Assembly (NCBI GenBank): GCA_043228905.1
Contig: JBHGNT010000005.1
Coordinates: forward strand, 14,012,001 to 14,076,000
Direction of reading: 5' to 3'
Length of the DNA stretch: 64,000 nt
From: Azolla caroliniana
Taxonomy: Eukaryota > Plantae > Polypodiophyta
Below are positions 51,450-63,200 of this stretch, piece after piece. Numbering within the stretch: position 1 is the stretch's first letter; each line of letters begins with the position of its first letter. The translations under genes were made by a program, and so were the position numbers. The notes under the pieces are model-generated. The model saw only the letters and a program-made list of their open reading frames with translations. It was not told the origin of the DNA and searched no databases.

Positions 51450-52770
51450 CATTTCCCTCTTGCAATGAAAAGTTAGGGAAGTTAGTTTTAATGGTGTTTT
51501 CTTGTTCCCATGTAGCATCTTTTATAGATTTATCCATCCATTTTATTTTAAATTCTCAAATGGTTTTAGAACACAAATGTTTTGTTTTAACAACGAGAAT
51601 TTCTCTACTACATGTGGTTTTGAAGCTAAATCTTCAAAAGTAACCAGAGTTTCAGTTGTAACTATATTATCACCAGAACCAAGAAGTTCCTTTAGAAGAC
51701 TTACATGAAAAACTAGACAGATTTTGACACCATCAAGAAGAGCGAGATGATAAGCTGATGAACCAATGTGTTTGAGGATTGTGAATGGTCCACAAAACTG
51801 TGGGGTTAACTTTAACTTAACACACTTACCCATAGAAAATATCTTAGAATTGTGAGGTGGACAAAGAAATACCTTTTGTCTAAGGTTGAATACACGAGGT
51901 TGCCTATTATGGTCAATATAAAAACACGCTCTATCTTGAACTTTTTGATGCAATATGCAACATATCTTGCATATCCCTTAGAAAGTTTTGTGAACTTAAC
52001 ATCAATCAAGGCTTGTGGTTGAAAGCCATACATCAACATAAAAAAACTATATCTCGTTGATGTTTGTTTGGAGTTGTTATAAGCAAACTCCAAAATTAGG
52101 AGATAATGTTCCCATTTTGTTGGCTTCGCAATGATGTATGCTCGAAGCATGTCCTCAATAATTTGATTTACATGTTCTATCCGTCCATGGGATTGAGGAT
52201 GATCCGTGGAGATCATGCTCAATGTAGTTTCTAACTTTTTAAAGACTTTCATCCAAAAGTCGCTAGTAAACTTTGGATCTCGATCACTCAAAATATCCAT
52301 CAATAACCCATACGAATGGAATAACTCATCAAGGAATTGGCAAGCCAATTCCGGAGTTGTTGCCGTAGTTCTAGTAGTAATAAACGTGATCATTTTAGTT
52401 TGTCTATCAACTACAACCCAAATGGAGGAATCATGTCCTTTTTGGATGCGAGGAAGGCTAACAATAAAATCCATGGATATTGTCATAACTAGACTCGAAC
52501 CCATAACCTTTTGTTACACGGGTCGAGACGTTACCATTAGGTTATGAATTGTAATTTGAAGGATATTATTTTCATTTAGGTTTTATTGGGAAATTGATGT
52601 ATATTCCAGATTTCTCTGGAACATTCTAGAAACTTCAGGAGTATTCCTGAAGACACTATAAAAGGAGGCGCAAGGCATTAGTTCGAACCAAATCGGTTCA
52701 ACGCCAGTCTTAAGCCTTCTAACTACTGTTGTATATCTTCCGTCATATAATACATATATCTTTCGCATCA

Positions 52771-52820
<50 letters not shown>

Positions 52821-53040
52821 ACTCATTCCTTCTCTCAAAGTTCGACACCTCTCATAGTACTAATCCTTCTCTGTCTTAGTACTATTCCCCAACAATAGTA
52901 CTAATCCTTCTTTTAGTACTAATTCCTTCTCTGCCTTAATAGAGTTCCTGACAGTTTGAACCGATTTTGCTACTAGTCTCCCTCTTCCTTCTGTCTCCCT
53001 CCTTTCCTATTAGTCTCTTATTTCCCTTTTCCTTCATCCC

Positions 53041-54210
53041 ATGGCCACCGTTAGCGCTGAAGAGTATCAATCCGTTTTCTCGGAATTTCAATGCTTGAAA
53101 GAGAAGTTTCATGCTTTGGAACAAGAAAATCAACGCTTGTTGGGGGATCTTCAGCAAATTTCCTTAGAAAAGCAGCAAACGCAACAACAGCATGGGGAAC
53201 TTGCGTTACGCGTGCAACAACTCGAAGCAACCATCGTAGCAATGCAACAACAAGGGCACGGAGCACAAGGGATTCATAAAGAACCCAAGATTGGCCTTCC
53301 CACGAAGTTCGATGGAACGCGATCGCAGTTTAGAGGGTTTCTTAACCAGGTACGGTTAGTTATTCAAATGCATCCGTCCCGATATCCCACCGATGCATCA
53401 CGAGTGGGTTTAGTAGGCACGTTGTTAAATGGCTCAGCATTAGCATGGTTCGCTCCGCTACTAGAAAAGGAATCTCCAGTACTAAATAATTTTGAAGAAT
53501 TCATAAGTGAGTTTAAAGCATGTTTTGGAGATACTGACAGCATAAGAACTGCAATCAACAAAATCCGGCGATTACGCCAAGGTGACCGTCCAGCCTCCGC
53601 ATATGCTGCAGATTTCCGCCTACTCGCCGCCGATATCCCCTGGGATGATCAAGCATTGATGGAGCAGTTCCGCTATGGTCTACGCAACGATGTCAAGGAT
53701 TTACTCTTGACTTTCCCTGAAGAGCCAAAATCATTAACAGAAGCAATCAGTCGAGCGGTCAGATGTGACAACCGCCTCTTCGAGCGACGTTCGGAACGAC
53801 AATTTCAGATGCCGAGGGCAAGATCCGAGCCTACCTATGCCTCAGTGGTAGCGAAACCTTTTCAAAGGGAGTCACATAATGCGCCTCCAGTAAGTACTCC
53901 AACTCCAATGGAAATTGACACTACACGTCGTCGTGGGCCGCTATCGGAGGAGGAAAAGTAACGACGCCGAACAAACCGATTATGCCTTTATTGCGGTGGA
54001 CCAGGGCATATCGCGATAAACTGTCCCCATAGACCAAGAAGGCAGGTAAACCAAGTCATTGTTAGTTCTGACTATACTAAACCCGAGTCTATTTCAGTAG
54101 GAATCTCTGATAATCCTCATAGTCATAATAGTCCTAATAGTACTAATAGTCCGAATCTCGCAAACAAATTTGATGTCCTTAGCCAATTAGAAGAAGAGTT
54201 AAACGACTAA
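53041..54210 (+). pseudogene. gag: Chromovirus gag with one premature stop before the zinc knuckle
   Basis: TAA at 53959-53961 (Gln codon in element A); frame continues through CLYCGGPGHIAINC to TAA 54208-54210. Confidence 0.92.
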
Positions 54211-57200
54211 GTCCAGCCAAAATAGGAGCCGTTTGGTTGGACAGTCCTAGATCTGTGCAGCCCATTAGTGGTTCCATTCCCTCTAAGCAAGTTAGTGATG
54301 TGTTCGTAGCCCAAGTAGCAGTTAGTACTAAAAGTACCCCTCCAGTACATACCTTAGCCCTTCTAGATTCCGGAGCTAATTCTTGCTTCATGGATAGGAA
54401 TTTTGCCCGAGCTCATCAGATATCTCTCAGAAAGCTCCCATGTCCAGCCTCAGTAGTAGTCATTGATGGTCGTCCCATTGCTTCTGGTAATATCATAGAA
54501 GAGTCGGAACCCGTTAATATTGTCCTAGATAACTTAACATGTGTAGTATCATTTAATATTATTAGTATTCCAGAACATCCCATAGTTTTAGGATTACCAT
54601 GGTTCGAGTTACATGACCCAGACATAGATTGGAGGACAAGGGAAATCCGGTTGCGACAAACCCAAGGATCTACCCAGAAGGTTGCAACCATTTCGCTACG
54701 TCAGTTGCGTGAGGAAGGGCGCAAGGAGGAAATGTTTCTCTTTGCAATATCAGTACAACCCTCCAGCACCACCAAAGAGGAGTCCACCGTTCAACTTCCC
54801 GAGAAGTATCGTCAGTATGCTGATGTGTTCGATAAAATACAAGCCAACACCCTTCCTCATCATCGGCCGTACGACTGCGCCATCGACTTACAACCGGGAA
54901 AAGAGCCGCCATGGGGGCCGATCTACAATTTGTCACCAACCGAGCTAGAAGTCCTTCGAGCCTATATAGAGGAGAATTTGGAGAACGGTTTCATTCGGCA
55001 TTCGAAATCTCCAGCCGGCGCACCCATTTTCTTCGTCAAGAAAAAAGATGGCTCGCTTCGACTCGTTGTAGATTACCGTGGCTTGAATAAGGTCACAGTA
55101 AGGAATAGGTATGCTCTTCCCCTTATCTCAAGTCTTTTAGAACGGATCAACGGTGCTAGGTTCTTCACGAAGATCGACTTACGAGGAGCCTATAACCTCG
55201 TACGGATCCGACCAGGAGATGAATGGAAGACCGCGTTTCGCACCAGATATGGGCACTTCGAGTATACGGTCATGCCGTTCGGACTTACTAATGCGCCGGC
55301 AGTCTTCCAGCACATGGCGAATGATATATTTCGAGATCTCTTGGATGATTTTTTGATCATCTATTTGGATGATCTACTGGTTTATTCAAAGACCCAAGAA
55401 GAACATGATTCTCATGTACTATTAGTACTAAAACGACTTCGAGAACATGGTCTGTATGCAAAGTTAGAGAAATGTAGTTTCGGGTGCAACCAAGTGGAGT
55501 TTCTCGGCTATGTCATCTCTTCAGAAGGCATATCTATGGACCCAGCCAAGGTCAAAACGGTGATAGAATGGCACACTCCGCGTTCGGTGCGGGATGTGCA
55601 ATGCTTCCTAGGCTTTGCAAATTTCTACCGGAAGTTCATACAAAATTACTCAAAAATTGTGCTGCCTCTCACACAGCTCACCAGGAAGGGACAATCATTC
55701 ATTTGGTCTAAAGAGACGGACATGGCTTTCGAGAGTCTTAAGAAGGCGTTTACATCAGCTCCAATTTTAGGTCATGTGGATCCGGAAAAACCATTCATTA
55801 TCGAAGCTGACGCATCGGATTTCGCATTGGGGAGCATTCTGTCACAACAGGGTAACGACGAGAAGCTACATCCTGTGGCTTTCCACTCCCGTAAGTTTGA
55901 CGCCGCCGAAATCAACTACGAAATTCATGATAAAGAGCTATTAGCAATAGTTGATTCTTTTATGCAATGGAGGCATTTCCTGGAAGGATCTCCTCATCAG
56001 GTCACTGTATTCAGTGACCACAAGAACCTTGCCTACTTTCAAGATGCTCGTGTACTGAATCGACGTCAAGCTCGGTGGGCCCACTTCCTCACACGCTTCG
56101 ACTTCAAAATTACATATCGTCCGGGGAAGCACCAAGGGAAGGCAGATGCATTATCACGGCGTTCGTATTTAACACCACGTCCCGGTGAGCCAGCTTTCGA
56201 TAACCAGAAGCAAGTAATCTTGGGTCCAGCACGACTGCAAGCAGCACAGGTCTTTGACATGCCCGTGGATTCCGACATTACCAATACTATACGTGAGGAC
56301 TTGAAGACTGACGCTTTCGCCCAAGCTATACTAGCACAAATTGACCCCTCTCGAGCGTCATGTTCACAATCACAATCACCAGGTACGGATTATCGGCAAT
56401 TCAAATACTGTGATGGATTACTCTTCTTTAAAGAACTTTTGTATGTTCCTAATGGTTCTTGCCGCCTTCGAGTAGTACAAAACTGCCATGACACATATAC
56501 AGCAGGACATTTTGGTAGTACTAAAACATTAGATTTAGTACAACGATCATTCTGGTGGCCCCGTATGCGACAATTTGTCGAAGATTTTGTTCGGACTTGC
56601 GATACATGCTGCAGAGCGAAGATGCCAAGACATCATCCATATGGTTTATTAGAACCATTACCAATTCCAAGCAAGCCATGGCAATCCATTGCTCTTGACT
56701 TCATTACAGATCTTCCAGTCTCTAAGGGATTCAGTGCGATTCTCACAGTGGTGGATCGATATACGAAGATGGCTCATTTCTTACCATGTACTAAAGAAAT
56801 ATCTAGTGAAGACACCGCCGAAATTGTCATGCGGGAAGTATGTCGGCATCATGGACTCCCTGATAATATCATCAGCGATCGTGGACCCCAGTTTGTGTCA
56901 AAATTCTGGAAGCACCTTTTTAAAATGCTGAAGGTCACTTGTAACCTCTCCTCCGGCTACCACCCACAAACCGACGGTCAAGCCGAACGAACAAATCAAA
57001 CACTGGAGCAGTATCTGCGGTGCTTTCTCAACTATCATCAGAATGACTGGGCAGATATTCTTCAGTTCGCCGAATTTGCCTATAATAACGCTATCCACGC
57101 ATCAACTAAAGTCACGCCATTCTACGCTTATACGGGATATCATCCCCGGTGGTGTGTCCTTGAAACCCCAGAAGTGTCCACAAATCCTTGCGCGGAGGAT

Positions 57201-57794
57201 CGTTTGAAGCGGTTACGCAAGATACAAGCGGATTTATCTACTCAACTCCAGCAAGCTCAACAATCACACAAGGACTACGCAGATCGTCATCGACTTCCAT
57301 CCAGTTTTAACATTGGAGATCGGGTGTGGCTGCTACGACGACACATCAAGACTACTCGCCCATGTGAGAAGTTGGATTATCGGCGATTAGGTCCTTTCCG
57401 TATTATCGGGAAGATTAATGATGTCGCTTTTCGTCTCGAGCTACCTCCGCAACTTCGGATACATCCGGTGTTTCATAGTTCTCTCCTCGAACCCTATCAC
57501 GAGAGCACTATCCCAGGACGTACTATACAACCTCCACCTCCTATCGAGCTCGAAGATGGACCTGAGTATGAGGTCGCTGCCATCCTCGATTCCAAGATTG
57601 TTCGCAACAAGCTCTACTATCTAGTCGATTGGCTAGGATATAGTCCCAGCGAGCGTACTTGGGAACCGATCGAGAATGTGACCAATGCTCGTGCTCTTCT
57701 AGAAGACTTCCATCGACGATATCCCGAGAAACCGGGTCCTCAATCCAAAACGACTCGTGAAACTCGTCGTTTTAAAGGGGGGATAGTGTCATAA
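54198..57794 (+). CDS. pol: Intact pol: protease, RT, RNase H, integrase, chromodomain; entered in -1 frame from gag
   Basis: 1185-aa ORF 54237-57794, open upstream to the GTTAAAC site; LDSGA, YLDD, EADASD, HHCC, SDRGPQF, GPF, chromodomain. Confidence 0.96.
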   Translation, partial: VKRLSPAKIGAVWLDSPRSVQPISGSIPSKQVSDVFVAQVAVSTKSTPPVHTLALLDSGANSCFMDRNFARAHQISLRKLPCPASVVVIDGRPIASGNIIEESEPVNIVLDNLTCVVSFNIISIPEHPIVLGLPWFELHDPDIDWRTREIRLRQTQGSTQKVATISLRQLREEGRKEEMFLFAISVQPSSTTKEESTVQLPEKYRQYADVFDKIQANTLPHHRPYDCAIDLQPGKEPPWGPIYNLSPTELEVLRAYIEENLENGFIRHSKSPAGAPIFFVKKKDGSLRLVVDYRGLNKVTVRNRYALPLISSLLERINGARFFTKIDLRGAYNLVRIRPGDEWKTAFRTRYGHFEYTVMPFGLTNAPAVFQHMANDIFRDLLDDFLIIYLDDLLVYSKTQEEHDSHVLLVLKRLREHGLYAKLEKCSFGCNQVEFLGYVISSEGISMDPAKVKTVIEWHTPRSVRDVQCFLGFANFYRKFIQNYSKIVLPLTQLTRKGQSFIWSKETDMAFESLKKAFTSAPILGHVDPEKPFIIEADASDFALGSILSQQGNDEKLHPVAFHSRKFDAAEINYEIHDKELLAIVDSFMQWRHFLEGSPHQVTVFSDHKNLAYFQDARVLNRRQARWAHFLTRFDFKITYRPGKHQGKADALSRRSYLTPRPGEPAFDNQKQVILGPARLQAAQVFDMPVDSDITNTIREDLKTDAFAQAILAQIDPSRASCSQSQSPGTDYRQFKYCDGLLFFKELLYVPNGSCRLRVVQNCHDTYTAGHFGSTKTLDLVQRSFWWPRMRQFVEDFVRTCDTCCRAKMPRHHPYGLLEPLPIPSKPWQSIALDFITDLPVSKGFSAILTVVDRYTKMAHFLPCTKEISSEDTAEIVMREVCRHHGLPDNIISDRGPQFVSKFWKHLFKMLKVTCNLSSGYHPQTDGQAERTNQTLEQYLRCFLNYHQNDWADILQFAEFAYNNAIHASTKVTPFYAYTGYHPRWCVLETPEVSTNPCAEDRLKRLRKIQADLSTQLQQAQQSHKDYADRHRLPSSFNIGDRVWLLRRHIKTTRPCEKLDYRRLGPFRIIGKINDVAFRLELPPQLRIHPVFHSSLLEPYHESTIPGRTIQPPPPIELEDGPEYEVAAILDSKIVRNKLYYLVDWLGYSPSERTWEPIENVTNARALLEDFHRRYPEKPGPQSKTTRETRRFKGGIVS

Positions 57795-58076
57795 CTAGAC
57801 TCGAACCCATAACCTTTTGTTACACGGGTCGAGACGTTACCATTAGGTTATGAATTGTAATTTGAAGGATATTATTTTCATTTAGGTTTTATTGGGAAAT
57901 TGATGTATATTCCAGATTTCTCTGGAACATTCTAGAAACTTCAGGAGTATTCCTGAAGACACTATAATAGGAGGCGCAAGGCATTAGTTCGAACCAAATC
58001 GGTTCAACGCCAGTCTTAAGCCTTCTAACTACTGTTGTATATCTTCCGTCATATAATACATATATCTTTCGCATCA

Positions 58077-58126
<50 letters not shown>

Positions 58127-58783
58127 ACTCATTCCTTCTCTCAAAGTTCGACACCTCTCATAGTACTAATCCTTCTCTGTCTTAGTACTATTCCCCAACA
58201 ATAGTACTAATCCTTCTTTTAGTACTAATTCCTTCTCTGCCTTAATAGAGTTCCTGACAGATATACTTTCCCATTTGTTGTTGGGATGTCCAAGGGATGT
58301 TAAAGTTCAGCGGCATTAAGTCGCTCGGCTTTTTAAACCTGACATTGCTAACATATAGTAACATAGTTATATATGTCAAGATGCATATTAGGCCAATAGA
58401 TTGAGTGGAGATGAGAAGGAGTGTGCAATGTGTTCCAGGGTGCCCTGTTGAGGGTGCATCGTGGCATTAAAAAAGAATTCTCTTTTTGACCTCAGACAAA
58501 TCTGGAACACAAACCTTCCCATTACGGTAGAGCAGATTGTTACCAATGTGGGAAGATTCCTTTGAGGGTGTGGTGATATTTGTTCCAGACTCGACTCTTG
58601 CTGAGTATTTTGCAAAATAACTATCATCAAGATACTTTCCTCAAAGGTGATCATAAATATCTAATGTTATTTCAGTGAAGCTAAGAATGTTTGCTTCATG
58701 GATGTGACTAAGGGCATCAACGACAGTGTTCATGGAACCTTTCCGATATCGAATGGAAAAATCAAAATCTTGGATGAGATCGA

Positions 58784-59125
58784 TGATGGCTCTTGAGGTG
58801 TCTAGTTGACTAATATGTGTAGTCTGTTGCTCAATTGTAGTCGGATATGCGGAAGCAAGTGTGGATCTTGTTGATGTGAAGCAAGCAACTGTAGAGTAAG
58901 CATGAGGTCATTGTCTTCTTGTTCTTGCAGTTAGTTATACACAAAGAATGTACATAGAGAATACAAAAAGATCATTTTGGCAAAGAGAAATGTTAATATA
59001 TTATTTCAATCATTTGTACGAGGAAGTACCTCCTATTTATACATGAGTGGACTTTGCCCTAACTCCAAGATGAGTACACACTAGAAGTACAATAATTGGG
59101 TAGGAGTAGGATTTTGAGTCCAACA
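58784..59125 (-). mobile_element. Solo LTR
   Basis: TG...CA, TSD ATCGA/ATCAA, splits host RWVD/LIQDFDF; rc TATAAATAGG near 59031-59040. Confidence 0.8.
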
Positions 59126-59336
59126 ATCAACCCATCGTGCCTTATGACCCTTGAGGTCTTGTTGGTGACAAAAATATTTCTAGGACTCGTGGTCCATAGT
59201 TAATACAAAACGATTTCCATAAAGATAATGACACCATGACTTTAGTGCATGGATAACTGCAAATAATTCCTTTTCTTGAACGGTATACTGACATTGAGTA
59301 GGATCAAGTTCCTTGCTCTCAAATGCTATTGGTTTA

Positions 59337-60180
59337 CAAATGTGCTTCCATGTCACATTTCTTCCAAACCACCATTCGACTAGCCGACATGACTCATACA
59401 CTATACATGTCGAAGATTTGATCCCCTCCAAATCTTGACCACACTTGAAGAGTGAGAGTGGGTCACATAAATCTGGTGTGACATATGCATTAAAATAAAC
59501 CAATATATTCATAACCCTAGTTGGATTACAGAAATGTACATCAACTCGGCTTTTGGAGGAGCGTCCAAATATGATGGGCCACAGACCGGTATGGGATCCA
59601 CAAACCTCATTAATCTTTACCTTTGTCGCTTCCATATTGTTTTCATCCCCAATCTTGGTAGATACATTCATTCTAGTACCCGTACTTACAAAAACCCTAT
59701 ATACCCAAAACCAAACGTACTACAGATGCACCATTATTGTAATCTCGTATACATAAATGTTGATATATTGAATCGTGCCATGCCTCCCTTCGCTCGGTGT
59801 TCTTTTACCCCAATCAACATCAAACTCTAGGAACTCTTCGAACCTGGCACCCACTTAACATTAAATCTTAGTTATCTCATTGGCAATGTGTCTTGTCCCT
59901 CAATTTTGAAGTCAAAGGTTCAAACCGGGAATTGGAATTCTCGTCCGTATTTATCTATCTACCAATCTATCTTTAATACTTTCTCACTTGCACTAGTCCT
60001 TCCGGTCCAGAACACTAACAGTTCCACTTCATTGTCTTGAACGATCCTTTTGATCCTCCATCACCACTTGCGGATAAACGCCGGTGCTTGTCTGCGCATG
60101 TGTAACACGCACATCGCAACGTTTGGCACATGTGTCACGTGCTTCACGATATCCTTGTGGTGCGGTAAATATTTTCTCAA

Positions 60181-60228
<48 letters not shown>

Positions 60229-63200
60229 CACAAGCATCTTCGACAACAAGCACGACCTAATTATAAACCTAAACGACGGTCGATTCCTTGCAAGCACAAG
60301 TCACCCGATTCATACTCCTTGGTCAAAGACCCCGGTGGTCCCGTTCGACCGACCTGCAGGCACGGATTTTTGCAACATAGATTTGATGAACCTGACATGA
60401 AGAACAACAAGGGAGGATGGCCGGAACTTCGAGTGCTAGAGATTCTAATGATAGTCTAGCACAAGCAATGGCGAGGATGATGAACCAAATGCTTCAGGAG
60501 AGAGACAACGTCGCAGGCCTTGACGTTACCATCAATAGGATTGTGGATACCAACGGATGCTTTGACGGTAGAGATGTGACACGATACCTTGAAACCTACA
60601 AAACTGAAATGCGGAAAAAGGGTATTCCTATGGCAAGACAAGTGACAAGCTTCTCAAGGATTGTAACTTCAAGTCTTTACTCCCGGATCCTAGAGCTACA
60701 AGAGACCAATCCTGAATGGTCATCTTTCGAACGAAGTTTACTTCAAGAATATGGGTTTGGTGACTCATCTCGAATGACAAAGAAAGATTTAATGGACTGG
60801 ATGGAGTCTTCTAACAAAGAGTCGAGTGTGAGTGCGACGCTCCACGAGTTCGAGCAAAGATTTGATCGTCTGCCTGCACTTGCAAAACGTGCTCCTATTT
60901 ATCAAGTCAGTAGATGAGAAAGATCGAAGAGATCTTGGACTACTACTTGAAAACGATGAAGGCCTCATTTCTGATTGGGCAGCAGTGAAGAGAGCATGTC
61001 GACGTTTTGATAAGCGTCAACAATGGTACAACGAGACAAGATCGAGTGTTGCAGCTCAGATTGGGCTACAAACTTATAACGCAAGACAAGAACCACAAGC
61101 CCAAAGACCGAGGGATGCTGAAGTGGCTCAACCCACAGACGAAGCCACAATGGATGAACTTGTAGACATGCTTCGAGGGATAAGAATTTCTCAAATTATA
61201 AAGGAAGAAACTCAAAGTTTTCCGGGTCGTCACCTGGACTTTCCTTGCAGGTGTATTTGGTGTGACTCTTTGGAACACCAGCGGAGAGATTGTTCAGAAT
61301 TACAAAATGCCCTTCGACGAGATATCATTTATCTCTCATAGAATTGGATTCACTCCTCGGTGACGCAACATCATCTCAATACCAACTTCGGCCGAGGAGG
61401 TATGAAGAAGTTGATGGAGGAAATGGAAGAAAACAAAGTGAATAGTGTTTACTATTCCTCATCTGTCGGGATTCGAGTAGGACACGAGACGAGAGCCCAA
61501 GAATCTCAAGCATGAGAATTTTGGCCAATCATATTGAATCAAGTCGGAAAAGGGAAGCTTTGCATGAACGAGGCACTCAAAGCAAAATGAAGAGTCCAAG
61601 CAATGACGGGATGGGAGGACCCTGTGGAGGAGAAGTCTAGCTTCGTCGAGGCCATGTGTCAAAACTATGACGTCCTAGTTGAAGAGAAACGAAAAAGACC
61701 AGATGACCCTATGGAGGAGACGTCTAGCTTCATCGAGGCTATTCAAAGAAACATGACACAAGAGAAGTTGTTTGAAGAAGGGAGGAATCATCACCGCCCC
61801 AAACGATAACCGAAAGAGGGAAGGAAAGAATCGGACCAGCGTTCAAACTACGCTCAGAGATAGAGCAATCCACCGACCTTAAGCGTGTGATGGAAGAAAG
61901 AATCCTGGATAGCCGAATCAAGTTCACACTATGGGAGGTCTTAGGAATTTCAAAGAAAGAATTTCATGATGTCATCATTGACTTAATAAAAAGGAAGAGA
62001 CTGGCGACAAGTGAAGAAAGAACCAAATCGGCAAATGTCTCGACGAGCGTTATCACAATGGAAGGTCTTGAAATTGAACAAGAATTTGTGGATAGCCATT
62101 TTGCAAGGCCACATTGGGCTAGGGCCACTACCGAGACACCGGTGTGGATGGGAGACTTGAAAGATTCGGTGGTGGCGCTCATTGATCATGGCTCGGAGAT
62201 CAACCTCATGTCTCTTGACTTCTATCAAAAGAGTCGTTGGCCCATTAATATTAGGCATGGGTGGAAGATTTGAGTGGCAACCAGGGCGACTGAAATGCTT
62301 CATGGGGCCTGACCTAACGTTAAGGTAACTATTGGCGATGTTGAGCATGATCAACACTTTTTTGTGCAGGAATCGGCATCACATCCTGTCATCCTTGGCG
62401 AGCCTTACATTACAGCATCCCAGATGGAGACAAAGGTACTTGATAATGGTTCGGCATATGCGCGGATACGAAGTCAAGATGGGACGAGCTTTGTTCAATT
62501 CCTCACCATATGACCCAACCATGAAAGAAATAGGTATAGCTTAGGGAAAGAATCTAGGGAGGATTTTTAATTCGGGTTATTAGGGAGAGGGACAACAATA
62601 GTCCGGGACATCAAACTATGTCCCCAAATCAATGTAATAAAAGTTGTCACCCCATTAATGAAAATGAAGTCTTGTTTTCTGAAAAGGGGATGTGTAAATT
62701 TAGCAACATTAATGGAGGAGATATTAACATAGAAATCCTAGAGGAACAACTTAGAGAAATCGGGATTATGAGTGAGGAAGAGGCAATAAACGGGTACATG
62801 GAGATAATATCATTTGATGATACTCTTGGGGAAATGGAGAAAAGTCATCAAATCGAAACTACAAGTCAACAGAATGATTCCAATCAACTATGTCGCCTTA
62901 TACACCGCCATCGACGAATACGAACAAGGTGTCGCGACGAATGAAGTCAAAGTTAATACCAAGTACAAGACTGTAGATAAGAAGGTCAAACTTGTGGCTA
63001 CTCCCTTGCCTGAAGATAGTTGGCAGTGAATAAAGGAGGTAGCGCAAGATCCGTGCCTTAGAGACCCGAAAGGAGTAGGGCATGGCATGTCTTCACCGAC
63101 GAAACTCGGAGGAAGCTCAAAATTGGTGGGGGTGAGTTTTTGCTTCCCAAAGAAGAGTCCAAGTTCCGGGAAATGTTGGAGCAACACGGGAAAGCATTTG

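Larger units (their letters stand above)
52481..58259 (+). mobile_element. Young full-length chromovirus (Tf1/sushi/Tcn1-like) element B
   Basis: 473-bp LTRs 52481-52953 and 57787-58259, TSD GATAT, PPT AAAGGGGGGATAG. Confidence 0.98.
51450..59335 (-). mobile_element. Old degenerate chromovirus pol (RH-INT-chromodomain) in pieces 51450-52480, 58260-58783, 59126-59335
   Basis: KPIAFES..EKELFAVIHALKSW, ARWVDLIQDFDF, ISMDFIVSLP, SDRDPKFTS, GPFTIL, VFHVSLLK, DATWE. Confidence 0.85.

Noticed and set aside
59180-59671. 163-aa minus ORF as a gene
   Set aside because: RNase H remnant fused to read-through from unrelated LTR-like DNA
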